DNA of 64,000 bases from a virus. Position numbers and translations under genes: made by a program. The notes beneath the pieces are model-generated. The model was not told where the DNA came from, did no database searches, and was given only the letters and a program-made list of their open reading frames with translations. Below, in pieces: positions 38,054-47,094 of this stretch. Location: IMG/VR virus record IMGVR_UViG_3300048694_000674, positions 32,001 through 96,000 of that record, one strand, 5' to 3'. Positions within the stretch are counted from its first letter, which is position 1; every line of letters begins with the position of its first letter.

Positions 38054-40627
38054 ATGGCAAAAATTCAGATCAAGCGCACGTCTGTATCTGGACGCACGCC
38101 GAATACCACTAACTCAGGCAACGGTCAGTATATTGACTCTGGCGAATTTGCGCTAAACCTTGCAGATGGTATTCTGTATTCCTCAAATGGTGGTCTTATC
38201 GCAATCGGTGCTAACAACGTTGATGTTAGCGTATCAAACTCAATTAACATCGGTAATAGTAGCTCATATGTATTTGCCAATTCAACTATAATTGGTGGTA
38301 ACAGCTACAATAATCCTGCACTATTTGCACCAAATGTTAATGATCCTTATTGGTCATTTGGTTCGTTTGCCAACAGCACCGACTTCTTTATGCAAACAAG
38401 ATTCTGGGGCGGTAATGATACCAATCACGGATTCAGAATTTTCGATACAAATAGCAATACGGTTCCTTTTAAAATAGATGGTACAGGATATGTCTATTTC
38501 GACAAACTGAAAGCAAACAATACTTCAGGATCTTCTGGTCAAGTTCTTACATCAAATTCTACTGGTGGTCTATATTGGCAATCTCCTGGTGCATCTAGTG
38601 TTGATACTGATGCGCAATATACTTGGACGAACACTCATACTTTTCAGAATACTATCACATTCAGCTCTCGATTAAATGTTGGATCTAATGTATCAGTAAA
38701 CACTTCTATGATTTCTGTTGGTAATGCAACAGTAAATACTCAAATTGTTGCTGGTAACGTTATACTCCATGGTTCAGCGATAACAATTACTAACTCAACA
38801 TCGCAAATTATTATTAATGACGCTGGATATAGTATTACAGATATATCTACTGGCTCTAACACTGTTGCCAATTCATCATCTATTGTTATCGACGGTCAAT
38901 ATGTTCTCACATCAGCAACAGCTGGTGTTGCGAACGATGCATTACATTTAGGTGGTGTTGCACCAGAAGGGTATCAAACTACTGCTGGGTTAGCATCAAA
39001 TGTGGCTACTTTAACATCCAACAATACATCGTTTGTTGGATCTGTAACAGCTGCAAATGTTGTATCTAATGGCCAACTACAATCAAATCTAAGTAATTAT
39101 CAAACAACTGCAGGACTTGCTGGTAACGTGGCTACACTTGCCGCCAATTCTGCAAGCTATCTTGGAACTGTTGCAGCAGCATCCTACGTACAAAATACTG
39201 ATTCTAGAACACTTTCTGGTAATCTAAATTTCACTGGTGTAAACACATATTTTAGCAGTACAACATATTTCAATGGCAATGTGACATTTACAAACAATGC
39301 TATGATTGTTGCTAATGGATCTGGTGGAGCAAATGGAACTGTTCTTGTTTCTAATGGAACATCAATTTACTGGTCTAACAGTATTAGTACAGGTACAGTT
39401 GTTGCAACTAGCGCTCAGATTGCTGATGCTGTTAATGTTGGTAATAGCACAGTTAATGTTAGCATCAATTCTACAAGTATTTTCGTTGGTAATAGTGTAT
39501 CTAATACTGTTGTCAATACTACATTCATCGCAGTAAGTAATACTCTAAGCAATTCAGAAATATCACCACAAATGATTTTTGTTGGTAATACTTCTGCTAA
39601 TACTCTTGTAGATTTGTCTGGCGCTGGTAATAGCGTAACTGTAAGCTATGCTACACTTTATACAAACGGGTATTGTGTTGTAAATACAGCATCAAACCAT
39701 GGTGTGTTATATACCACTGGCTTAACTGTATCGATATCTAATACATCAGTCCCATATCTTAATACTGCAAATTATCCAGCTGGTTTTTTAATAAGAAAAG
39801 GTGGTATTGGGTCTAACAGTTTCTCGTTTAATATAAGTCCTTCTACCTTTGCTTCTGGTGCAAGAATTATTACATCAGCTATAAGAAGTGCTAATGTTAT
39901 TACTATCAGAACTTCACAACCACACCAATTAACAAATAATGATTTAGTAACGTTTACTGGAATTACTGGAACACTTTATACATTTATTCCACCAACTTCT
40001 ATCAATATTTCAACTGTAAATGGCGATCCTTCTGCATTTACTTACAATTGCGGTAATAATATTGGTGGAAGTATATCTGGTAATACTTACACATTTCCTA
40101 CGATGACGTCATCAGCTACTGGACCAATATTGATGGTAATCAGTAAACCAAATAATGGTTTTACAGTTGGTCAATATGTTGCCATTTCTGGTGTAACGAA
40201 TGGATCACCTGCAGGAACTTTTTATCCATCATCAAGAGGTAGTATTAATAATTATTTCAATATAAACAAAACATGGTCCATATATGCTGCAAATAGTACC
40301 ACATTTACGATCAAAGTAGGAACAAAAGTTAGCACATCGGGACCCATGGGTGGTACTGGTACAATTACTGGAGCAGCTGCGATTGCTGGTGTTTCCTACG
40401 ATGAAACCGCACCATTAACACCAGGTTCAGGGCTAGTAATACAATCATTTACTGCAAATACATTAGGTGGTGGAGCTGTTGCTAGATCAGCAAATCCAAT
40501 AGGTATTACTATTTCAAACAGTTCGTTCCAAGTTAAAGCAACACCAAATTTCTTGTACATAGGTTCAACTTCCGCAGGTTATCTATTCACGCCAACTGGC
40601 GGTAGCGCCACTTCAGGTATTCCATAA
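38054..40627 (+). CDS. Tail fibre protein (857 aa)
   Basis: IQIKRTSVSGR.P...GE.ALN..DG.LY N-terminus; shared YQTTAGL modules; C-terminal T...HG/H.L..G..V beta domains. Confidence 0.82.
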   Translation: MAKIQIKRTSVSGRTPNTTNSGNGQYIDSGEFALNLADGILYSSNGGLIAIGANNVDVSVSNSINIGNSSSYVFANSTIIGGNSYNNPALFAPNVNDPYWSFGSFANSTDFFMQTRFWGGNDTNHGFRIFDTNSNTVPFKIDGTGYVYFDKLKANNTSGSSGQVLTSNSTGGLYWQSPGASSVDTDAQYTWTNTHTFQNTITFSSRLNVGSNVSVNTSMISVGNATVNTQIVAGNVILHGSAITITNSTSQIIINDAGYSITDISTGSNTVANSSSIVIDGQYVLTSATAGVANDALHLGGVAPEGYQTTAGLASNVATLTSNNTSFVGSVTAANVVSNGQLQSNLSNYQTTAGLAGNVATLAANSASYLGTVAAASYVQNTDSRTLSGNLNFTGVNTYFSSTTYFNGNVTFTNNAMIVANGSGGANGTVLVSNGTSIYWSNSISTGTVVATSAQIADAVNVGNSTVNVSINSTSIFVGNSVSNTVVNTTFIAVSNTLSNSEISPQMIFVGNTSANTLVDLSGAGNSVTVSYATLYTNGYCVVNTASNHGVLYTTGLTVSISNTSVPYLNTANYPAGFLIRKGGIGSNSFSFNISPSTFASGARIITSAIRSANVITIRTSQPHQLTNNDLVTFTGITGTLYTFIPPTSINISTVNGDPSAFTYNCGNNIGGSISGNTYTFPTMTSSATGPILMVISKPNNGFTVGQYVAISGVTNGSPAGTFYPSSRGSINNYFNINKTWSIYAANSTTFTIKVGTKVSTSGPMGGTGTITGAAAIAGVSYDETAPLTPGSGLVIQSFTANTLGGGAVARSANPIGITISNSSFQVKATPNFLYIGSTSAGYLFTPTGGSATSGIP

Positions 40628-43600
40628 TGACTGACGTATTTCAATCTAAATTACTAACAGACAGTTTAATTATTCAATCAGTACCAGAACTTGACGGTAT
40701 TGCGAATACTGATGCAAATAACTTTTTCGTTAATACAAGTACAATTCATATTGGTAATACGTCTGTTTCAGTAACAATAACACCAAATAATGTTACAACA
40801 CCATCAGTTTTCGTTGGCGATGCTTTTCAAAATACAACTATTACACCAACAACATTAACAATACTTGATATTACTGGTGCAAATACTTACATTGACAACT
40901 TTATTGCATCTTTTCCTGCTGAAGTTATAGTTGGTGGTTCGATAACAATTACTGGTGATCTTGCTGCTAATGGCGCGACAGGAAATACTGGCCAAGTATT
41001 AGTATCAGATGGAAATGGTAGTATATACTGGGGTGACGCTAATAATACAGCGTATCTCGGTGGTGTTGCTGCAGCTGGCTATCAAACTACTGCTGGGCTT
41101 TCAGCTAATGTAGCTACTCTTACTGCGAACAATACATTATATCTTGGAGGAACTGCAGCTGCTGGTTATCAAACTACTGCTGGCTTGAATGCAAATATTG
41201 CTGCATATCTTCCAAACTATACTGGTACAGTAAATGCAACAACAATAAATGCTACGACTGCAACGTTTACTGGTAATGTATCTGTTTCTAGTCTTATTGT
41301 AACTGGCAACGTAGAAGTTATCGGTGCAAATAATCTTTCTATTTCAGATAATATGATCTATCTGAATGCAAATTCAACATATTCTAATCCTGATCTTGGA
41401 TTTGCTGGCAATTATAATGATGGTACATATCATCATGCTGGTTTCTTTAGAGATCATTCTTCTGGCGTTTGGAAAGTATTTGATAACTATGGACCAGAAC
41501 CAGATGCATCTCAGTATATTGATCAAACAAATACTACATTCCATATAGCTAACTTCCAAGCAAATGTTGTTTATGTCGGTAACACTAGTGTTTACTCAAC
41601 AGTAAACACAACAAACTTTACAGGAACTGCCAATAATACTTTATTCGTCGGCTCAGTATCTGCTGCAAATGTAGTATCAAATGCGCAGCTATCGGGTAAT
41701 TTAGCTAGTTACGCAACAACATCTAGTTTGTCTAGTTATCAAACAACTGCTGGTCTAGCAGCTAACGTAGCTACACTGACATCTAATAATTCAACTTATT
41801 TAAATGGTCAGCCAGACACATACTATACGAATGCAACAAATATTAGTTCTGGTACACTTGCTTGGGCAAGAGCTCCTGCAGGCACAGTAAACACTTCTGG
41901 TAATTTTATTATCGGTGGTAATCTCAATTTCACTGCATCAAATACATATTTCACTACAGCAATCTATGCTGCTGGTCAGGTTGTAATTAATCCTAGTGGC
42001 GATTTGGTTATCTCCAATGGAGCTGGTATCCAAGCGAATGGCACATTTGGTACAGCTGGTCAAATTTTATATACCGATGGTAGTGGTAATGATTATTGGG
42101 GCGATCCAGGAACGACAATTGCAACTGCAAACAATGCACTATATCTTGGTGGTGTCGCTGCTGCTGGTTATCAAACTACTGCTGGATTAGCATCAAATGT
42201 TGCAACGTTAACAGCGAATAATACTAGCTTTGTTGGTTCAGTATCTGCTGCAAACGTAGTATCAAACGCGCAATTATCAGCTAATTTAGCTAACTATCAG
42301 ACAACTGCTGGCTTGAACGCAAATATTGCTGCTTATCTACCAACTTATACTGGCGTGGTAAATGCATCATCTCTTACATTAGGTACAGCTGTAACTGTTA
42401 ATTCCACAGGTCTTTATACTGGTACAACAACGGATACAACAACTGGTACTGGCGCAACTATTGCTAATGATACATTGATTTTTATTGGTAATAATACTAT
42501 CAATACATCAATTACCGCTGGTTCTATATCTGTTAATGGTACGGCGGTAGTTGCCAACAGTACTGGTATTTTTACAACTAGTACAGTTAATGCAGCTTCG
42601 CACACAACAGGCGCAACTGGAACAGGTACAGGCGGCATTTCAGCCAATGTTACCACTTTATTGATTGGTAACAATACTATCAATACAACAATTACTTCTG
42701 CAGGATTGACTGTTAATGGAACTGCAGTAGTCGCCAACTCTTCTGGCGTATATACCACTGGTACAATTAATGCTACTTCTTTTACGATTGGTACGACAAC
42801 AACAGTAAATTCAACTGCAGTATATGTTTCAAATACAACTGGTAACGTAACAATTGGACCTTACGGCGTAACTATTACAGCCAATGGTTTAGGTTACCTT
42901 ACAATGGGTAATACCACCGTAAATACTGTCGTTAACGCAACATCAGTTTATATAGCCAATACAACTGGTAATGTTATTATGTCTCCCTATGGAATCACAG
43001 TAGCTGCCAATGGTCTTGGTTTTTATAAACTTGGCAACTCAACAGTAAATTCGACATCTAATGCATCTGGATTCTTTACAACTGGTACAGCTAACGCTTC
43101 ATCATTAACTGTTGGCACTAATTTTATTGCAAACACAACACAGCTGACAATAACAATCCCACTTTCTGCTAATGGTGGCACAGGATCAGCTGGGCAGGTA
43201 TTGACTTCTAATGGTGCTACTGGCGCTCCATATTGGGCAACTGGTGGTGGTGGTGGATTTTCGAACGGGCAATCTATATCTGTAAATAATTTCGTAATTA
43301 CTGGAGCTTTTACAGCAAATAGCGCTAATGGTACAGCAGGACAAATTCTTACCTCCAATGGTTCCGCAACATACTGGTCAACTTTACCATCAGCTGTAAG
43401 ACAACAATTTACAGGCGACGGTTCAACGACAATATTCACAGTTACTGGTGGGTATTCAGCCAATAATTTGGATGTTTTTGTTAATGGTGTTAAAGTAAGA
43501 AATGGTACAGATGTAACAGTAACGAATGGATCTACATTTACATTTACATTAGCTCCACCTAACGGTTCATTAATTGATGTGATCGGTTCAGCAGCATCGG

Positions 43601-44019
43601 GCGGCGGCGGTTTCACAAATGGTCAGTCGATATCAGTAAACAATTTCGTAATTACTGGTGCATTTACAGCAAACAGTTCTAATGGTACAGCTGGCCAAGT
43701 ATTAACAACTAATGGTTCTGCTACATACTGGTCAACAGTATCTATTCCTATGGTCGTTGTTACTGGAACAACTCAGACAGCTACTATAAATAACAGGTAT
43801 GTACTGACCAATGCTGCGGCAACAACAGTAACGTTACCAGCATCTCCTTCTGCTGGCGATACTCTTTATATTGTTGTAGCAAATGGCTTAGCAACAAATA
43901 TAGTTGCCAGAAATGGTAATAAAATTATGTCTACTAGCGAAGACTTAACATTAGATGTGAATTATTATTCGTTGGGTCTTATGTATGTTAATTCAACTTT
44001 AGGATGGGTGATTATATGA
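40627..44019 (+). CDS. Tail fibre protein (1130 aa), sequon-rich, with gp9/10-like C-terminal adaptor domain
   Basis: GQ.L.SNG...YW repeats; F.GDG.TT.F...V.VNGV domain; C-terminal TVTLPASP..GD...RNG.KI...DLTLD...GW. Confidence 0.85.
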   Translation: MTDVFQSKLLTDSLIIQSVPELDGIANTDANNFFVNTSTIHIGNTSVSVTITPNNVTTPSVFVGDAFQNTTITPTTLTILDITGANTYIDNFIASFPAEVIVGGSITITGDLAANGATGNTGQVLVSDGNGSIYWGDANNTAYLGGVAAAGYQTTAGLSANVATLTANNTLYLGGTAAAGYQTTAGLNANIAAYLPNYTGTVNATTINATTATFTGNVSVSSLIVTGNVEVIGANNLSISDNMIYLNANSTYSNPDLGFAGNYNDGTYHHAGFFRDHSSGVWKVFDNYGPEPDASQYIDQTNTTFHIANFQANVVYVGNTSVYSTVNTTNFTGTANNTLFVGSVSAANVVSNAQLSGNLASYATTSSLSSYQTTAGLAANVATLTSNNSTYLNGQPDTYYTNATNISSGTLAWARAPAGTVNTSGNFIIGGNLNFTASNTYFTTAIYAAGQVVINPSGDLVISNGAGIQANGTFGTAGQILYTDGSGNDYWGDPGTTIATANNALYLGGVAAAGYQTTAGLASNVATLTANNTSFVGSVSAANVVSNAQLSANLANYQTTAGLNANIAAYLPTYTGVVNASSLTLGTAVTVNSTGLYTGTTTDTTTGTGATIANDTLIFIGNNTINTSITAGSISVNGTAVVANSTGIFTTSTVNAASHTTGATGTGTGGISANVTTLLIGNNTINTTITSAGLTVNGTAVVANSSGVYTTGTINATSFTIGTTTTVNSTAVYVSNTTGNVTIGPYGVTITANGLGYLTMGNTTVNTVVNATSVYIANTTGNVIMSPYGITVAANGLGFYKLGNSTVNSTSNASGFFTTGTANASSLTVGTNFIANTTQLTITIPLSANGGTGSAGQVLTSNGATGAPYWATGGGGGFSNGQSISVNNFVITGAFTANSANGTAGQILTSNGSATYWSTLPSAVRQQFTGDGSTTIFTVTGGYSANNLDVFVNGVKVRNGTDVTVTNGSTFTFTLAPPNGSLIDVIGSAASGGGGFTNGQSISVNNFVITGAFTANSSNGTAGQVLTTNGSATYWSTVSIPMVVVTGTTQTATINNRYVLTNAAATTVTLPASPSAGDTLYIVVANGLATNIVARNGNKIMSTSEDLTLDVNYYSLGLMYVNSTLGWVII

Positions 44020-44744
44020 AGAAAATTTTTATTGGTACTCCTGCATATGATGGTAAAGTCGATGTTCCTTATGCGATGGCGCTGCTGGATACATGCGAAT
44101 TATTGAAGTCCTGTTTTTATGAACCAATCGTAAGAGTTCCTGTTTCTGGTTCTCTTCTTGTTGCAGAAAGAAATAGATTAATTGAAATGTTTTGGCAATC
44201 AAATGCTGATTATATGTTGTGTATTGATAGCGATTTAGGTTGGAATCCATATTCAGTAATAAGATTATTAAATTCTGGTAAGGACGTATGCGGTGGTGTT
44301 TATCCTGGCAGAAAGGGAAATGGATTTACATTTAGACCATCTCTTCAGCCAGATAAACAAATTGAAATGTGTCCAGAAACTAAATTGTTGAAAATGGAAT
44401 ATATTCCAGCTGGATTTATGCTTTTTAGTAGAAAAGTTATTGCTGCTATGAGAGAGAAATTTCCAGAACTATATTATTCCCCAAAAGATCCAAGAAATGA
44501 TTCTGAAAGTGCATTTTGTTTCTTTGATACACAGGTTTATGAAGGCGAATTTTGGGGCGAAGACTACGTATTTTGTAGAAGGGTAAGAGAAGCTGGTTTT
44601 GATATTTGGGTTGATCCGATGATTGAGTTTAATCATGGTGGAACATGTGGTGCATTGATTCAGTCTCTTACTACTGATAAGAAATTAGCAGGGGTAACAG
44701 AAATAAATGACATCACCAGCGAAATCCAGCACGCCTCAGCTTAA
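44016..44744 (+). CDS. Glycosyltransferase-like protein (GT-A/GT2-like fold)
   Basis: IGTP.Y, ERN.L, CIDSD (DxD), G.YP, GFML.SR, GED..FC, DP.I...H.G motifs; ATGA overlap with the fibre gene stop. Confidence 0.8.
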   Translation: MKKIFIGTPAYDGKVDVPYAMALLDTCELLKSCFYEPIVRVPVSGSLLVAERNRLIEMFWQSNADYMLCIDSDLGWNPYSVIRLLNSGKDVCGGVYPGRKGNGFTFRPSLQPDKQIEMCPETKLLKMEYIPAGFMLFSRKVIAAMREKFPELYYSPKDPRNDSESAFCFFDTQVYEGEFWGEDYVFCRRVREAGFDIWVDPMIEFNHGGTCGALIQSLTTDKKLAGVTEINDITSEIQHASA

Positions 44745-45876
44745 CATTGGTGAATTTGTTACCGTTGTAAGTGCTAATTTAGTTCATCAATCAACATTAT
44801 CTGCACCATCAACTGTTCAGAATAAATTTCTGACAGTTGGCGGTTATTATAACCAAGCAGATTATCCTGCTCTTTATGCTCAAATTGGATTGATAGGCGC
44901 ATTCCCAACTACACCAAGAACATCTAATACTAGCTCAAATATAAACTCAGTAACCTATGGTAATGGTCTATATGTTTATGGAGGAGCTGGTGGCGTATTG
45001 GCAACTTCTACGGATGCGATAACTTGGGCAACACAAGCGAGTGGCACAACATCAGTAATTAACTCAGTAACCTATGGTGCTGGTGTATACGCATATGCTG
45101 GAACTGGTGGTGTATTAAAAACATCTACAGATGGTGTTACTTGGACGACACGAACATCTGGAACCGCATCAGCTTTACAAGTAATCACATATACTAATGG
45201 TATATTTTTGTATGGAGGAGCTGGTGGAGTATTGGCAACTTCTACTGATGCTATTACTTGGTCGTCAAAAACTTCTGGAACTACTTCTCAAATAAACCAC
45301 ATAACCTATGGTAATGGTTTATATTTTTATGATACAAATCCAGGTTCTGCGAACGTTGGTTCATCATCAGATGCAACAACATGGACAACAACTATTAATA
45401 CTGGTTTAACAGCAACAATTAAGACTGGTGTTGTTTATGGTAATGGTATATATGTGGTTGGTGACAGATTAGGATCCGTGGCTACATCAACTAACGGTAC
45501 ATCTTGGTCAAATACCAAACCTACTTCAACTGCAATTATTCATATGGCGTATGGTAATGGGTTATTTGTTTATGGCGGTGTTGCTGGTATTCTTGCTACT
45601 TCTGTTGATGGTGTTACATGGACAACTGTATCTTCAAATACAACATCAACAATACAGTGGATAACTTATGGAAATAATTTGTATGTTTATGTTACGCAAT
45701 TGGGAGGAATTATAACATCAAAATCATTTACAGCAGAATATTCTACCTATTATGATGCAACAAGTCAATTTTATGCGCCAGCTTTTACATCTACTGATTT
45801 GTTGACAGTTCAAGCAACATCAACATTGTTATCTTCAGCTGTTTATACTACTACGTATGTGAGGGCAAAAAAATGA
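44707..45876 (+). CDS. Receptor-binding-like protein with YGNG / S.DG.TW (Asp-box-like) beta-propeller repeats
   Basis: Collar-like Y....YP.L...IG N-terminus; ~39-aa repeats; split collar C-terminus (F..P...YVRAK). Confidence 0.78.
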   Translation: MTSPAKSSTPQLNIGEFVTVVSANLVHQSTLSAPSTVQNKFLTVGGYYNQADYPALYAQIGLIGAFPTTPRTSNTSSNINSVTYGNGLYVYGGAGGVLATSTDAITWATQASGTTSVINSVTYGAGVYAYAGTGGVLKTSTDGVTWTTRTSGTASALQVITYTNGIFLYGGAGGVLATSTDAITWSSKTSGTTSQINHITYGNGLYFYDTNPGSANVGSSSDATTWTTTINTGLTATIKTGVVYGNGIYVVGDRLGSVATSTNGTSWSNTKPTSTAIIHMAYGNGLFVYGGVAGILATSVDGVTWTTVSSNTTSTIQWITYGNNLYVYVTQLGGIITSKSFTAEYSTYYDATSQFYAPAFTSTDLLTVQATSTLLSSAVYTTTYVRAKK

Positions 45877-47093
45877 CATCGATTAAAAAACTAAGCTCTC
45901 CTCAAGTAGAATTTGGCGAATACTTTACAGCTGTATCAGCAAATATTATTCATCAAGAAACACGTGGAGCAAATTCTGTTCAAAATGATGCTAACAATTC
46001 TGCTGTGTTTCTCAAAGATAATGCTGCATATAGTCAGGCGACATATCCAGATCTGTATAATAGACTTGGACTAATTGGAGCTGGTGTTACTACACCAATA
46101 ACTTCTGGTACTGCGGCTACAATTCAAAAGATTGTATATGGGAATGGAATTTATCTTTATGGAGCTTCTGATGGAACTGTGGGGACTTCTACTGATGGTG
46201 TAACTTGGACAACTAGATCTGTCACAACTGTTACTGCTATAGTTGATTTAGATTATGGTAATGGTATTTTTGCTTTTGCTGCTAACCCACAATCAGTAAG
46301 ATATGGAACTTCTACTGATGGCGTAACTTGGACAACACAAACTTCTGATTCGAATCCAGTCGTTGCATTGACTTATGGAAATGGTATATTCATAGTAAGC
46401 AAAAGTTTAGGTGGTGGTACAGGCGCGTCTTTGCAAAAATCTACAGATGGACTCAACTACAGCACAACGGGTATTGCAACTCCATCTTCTTCATCACCAA
46501 TTAACAGTCTTTTTTATGCCTCTAGTGGATTATGGCTGTGTTGTAATCAAGACGCAACACAGTATGTAAAATCTTCAACAGATAATGGAGCATCATGGTC
46601 ATCTTCTGGTACATTAGGTTTTGGTGCATCGACAGCAAAAACATTTGGTTATGGTAATGGTTTATATGTTTTAGTTTCAACAAATGCAACTTTATACACA
46701 TCAACCAATGGAACAACATGGACATCCAGAACTTCTGGTACTGCATCAGCTATTAATACGGTAACATATGGTAATGGTTTATATGTTTATGGAGCTGCTA
46801 GCGGTACATACGTTACATCAACAGATGCAATTACATGGAATCAAGCTTTATCAGTTGTTGGTTCTATTACCTTTTCCTGTTCTTCATACATGAATAGTAA
46901 ATATTATTTTGGAGGCGGTTCTGGTTCGATAACAACATCAACAACTATGACAAATGTTGAATATTCTCCATATTATACTGCCGCTTCTCAATTCTATATA
47001 CCACCACTAACAGAATCAAGTACTTTGACGTTGCAAGCAACAACCACTTTATTATCTTCAGCAATTTATTCAACTTATATAAGAGCAAAATAA
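45873..47093 (+). CDS. Paralogous Asp-box-like beta-propeller protein
   Basis: Same architecture as 44707-45876. Confidence 0.78.
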   Translation: MTSIKKLSSPQVEFGEYFTAVSANIIHQETRGANSVQNDANNSAVFLKDNAAYSQATYPDLYNRLGLIGAGVTTPITSGTAATIQKIVYGNGIYLYGASDGTVGTSTDGVTWTTRSVTTVTAIVDLDYGNGIFAFAANPQSVRYGTSTDGVTWTTQTSDSNPVVALTYGNGIFIVSKSLGGGTGASLQKSTDGLNYSTTGIATPSSSSPINSLFYASSGLWLCCNQDATQYVKSSTDNGASWSSSGTLGFGASTAKTFGYGNGLYVLVSTNATLYTSTNGTTWTSRTSGTASAINTVTYGNGLYVYGAASGTYVTSTDAITWNQALSVVGSITFSCSSYMNSKYYFGGGSGSITTSTTMTNVEYSPYYTAASQFYIPPLTESSTLTLQATTTLLSSAIYSTYIRAK

Positions 47094-47094
47094 A

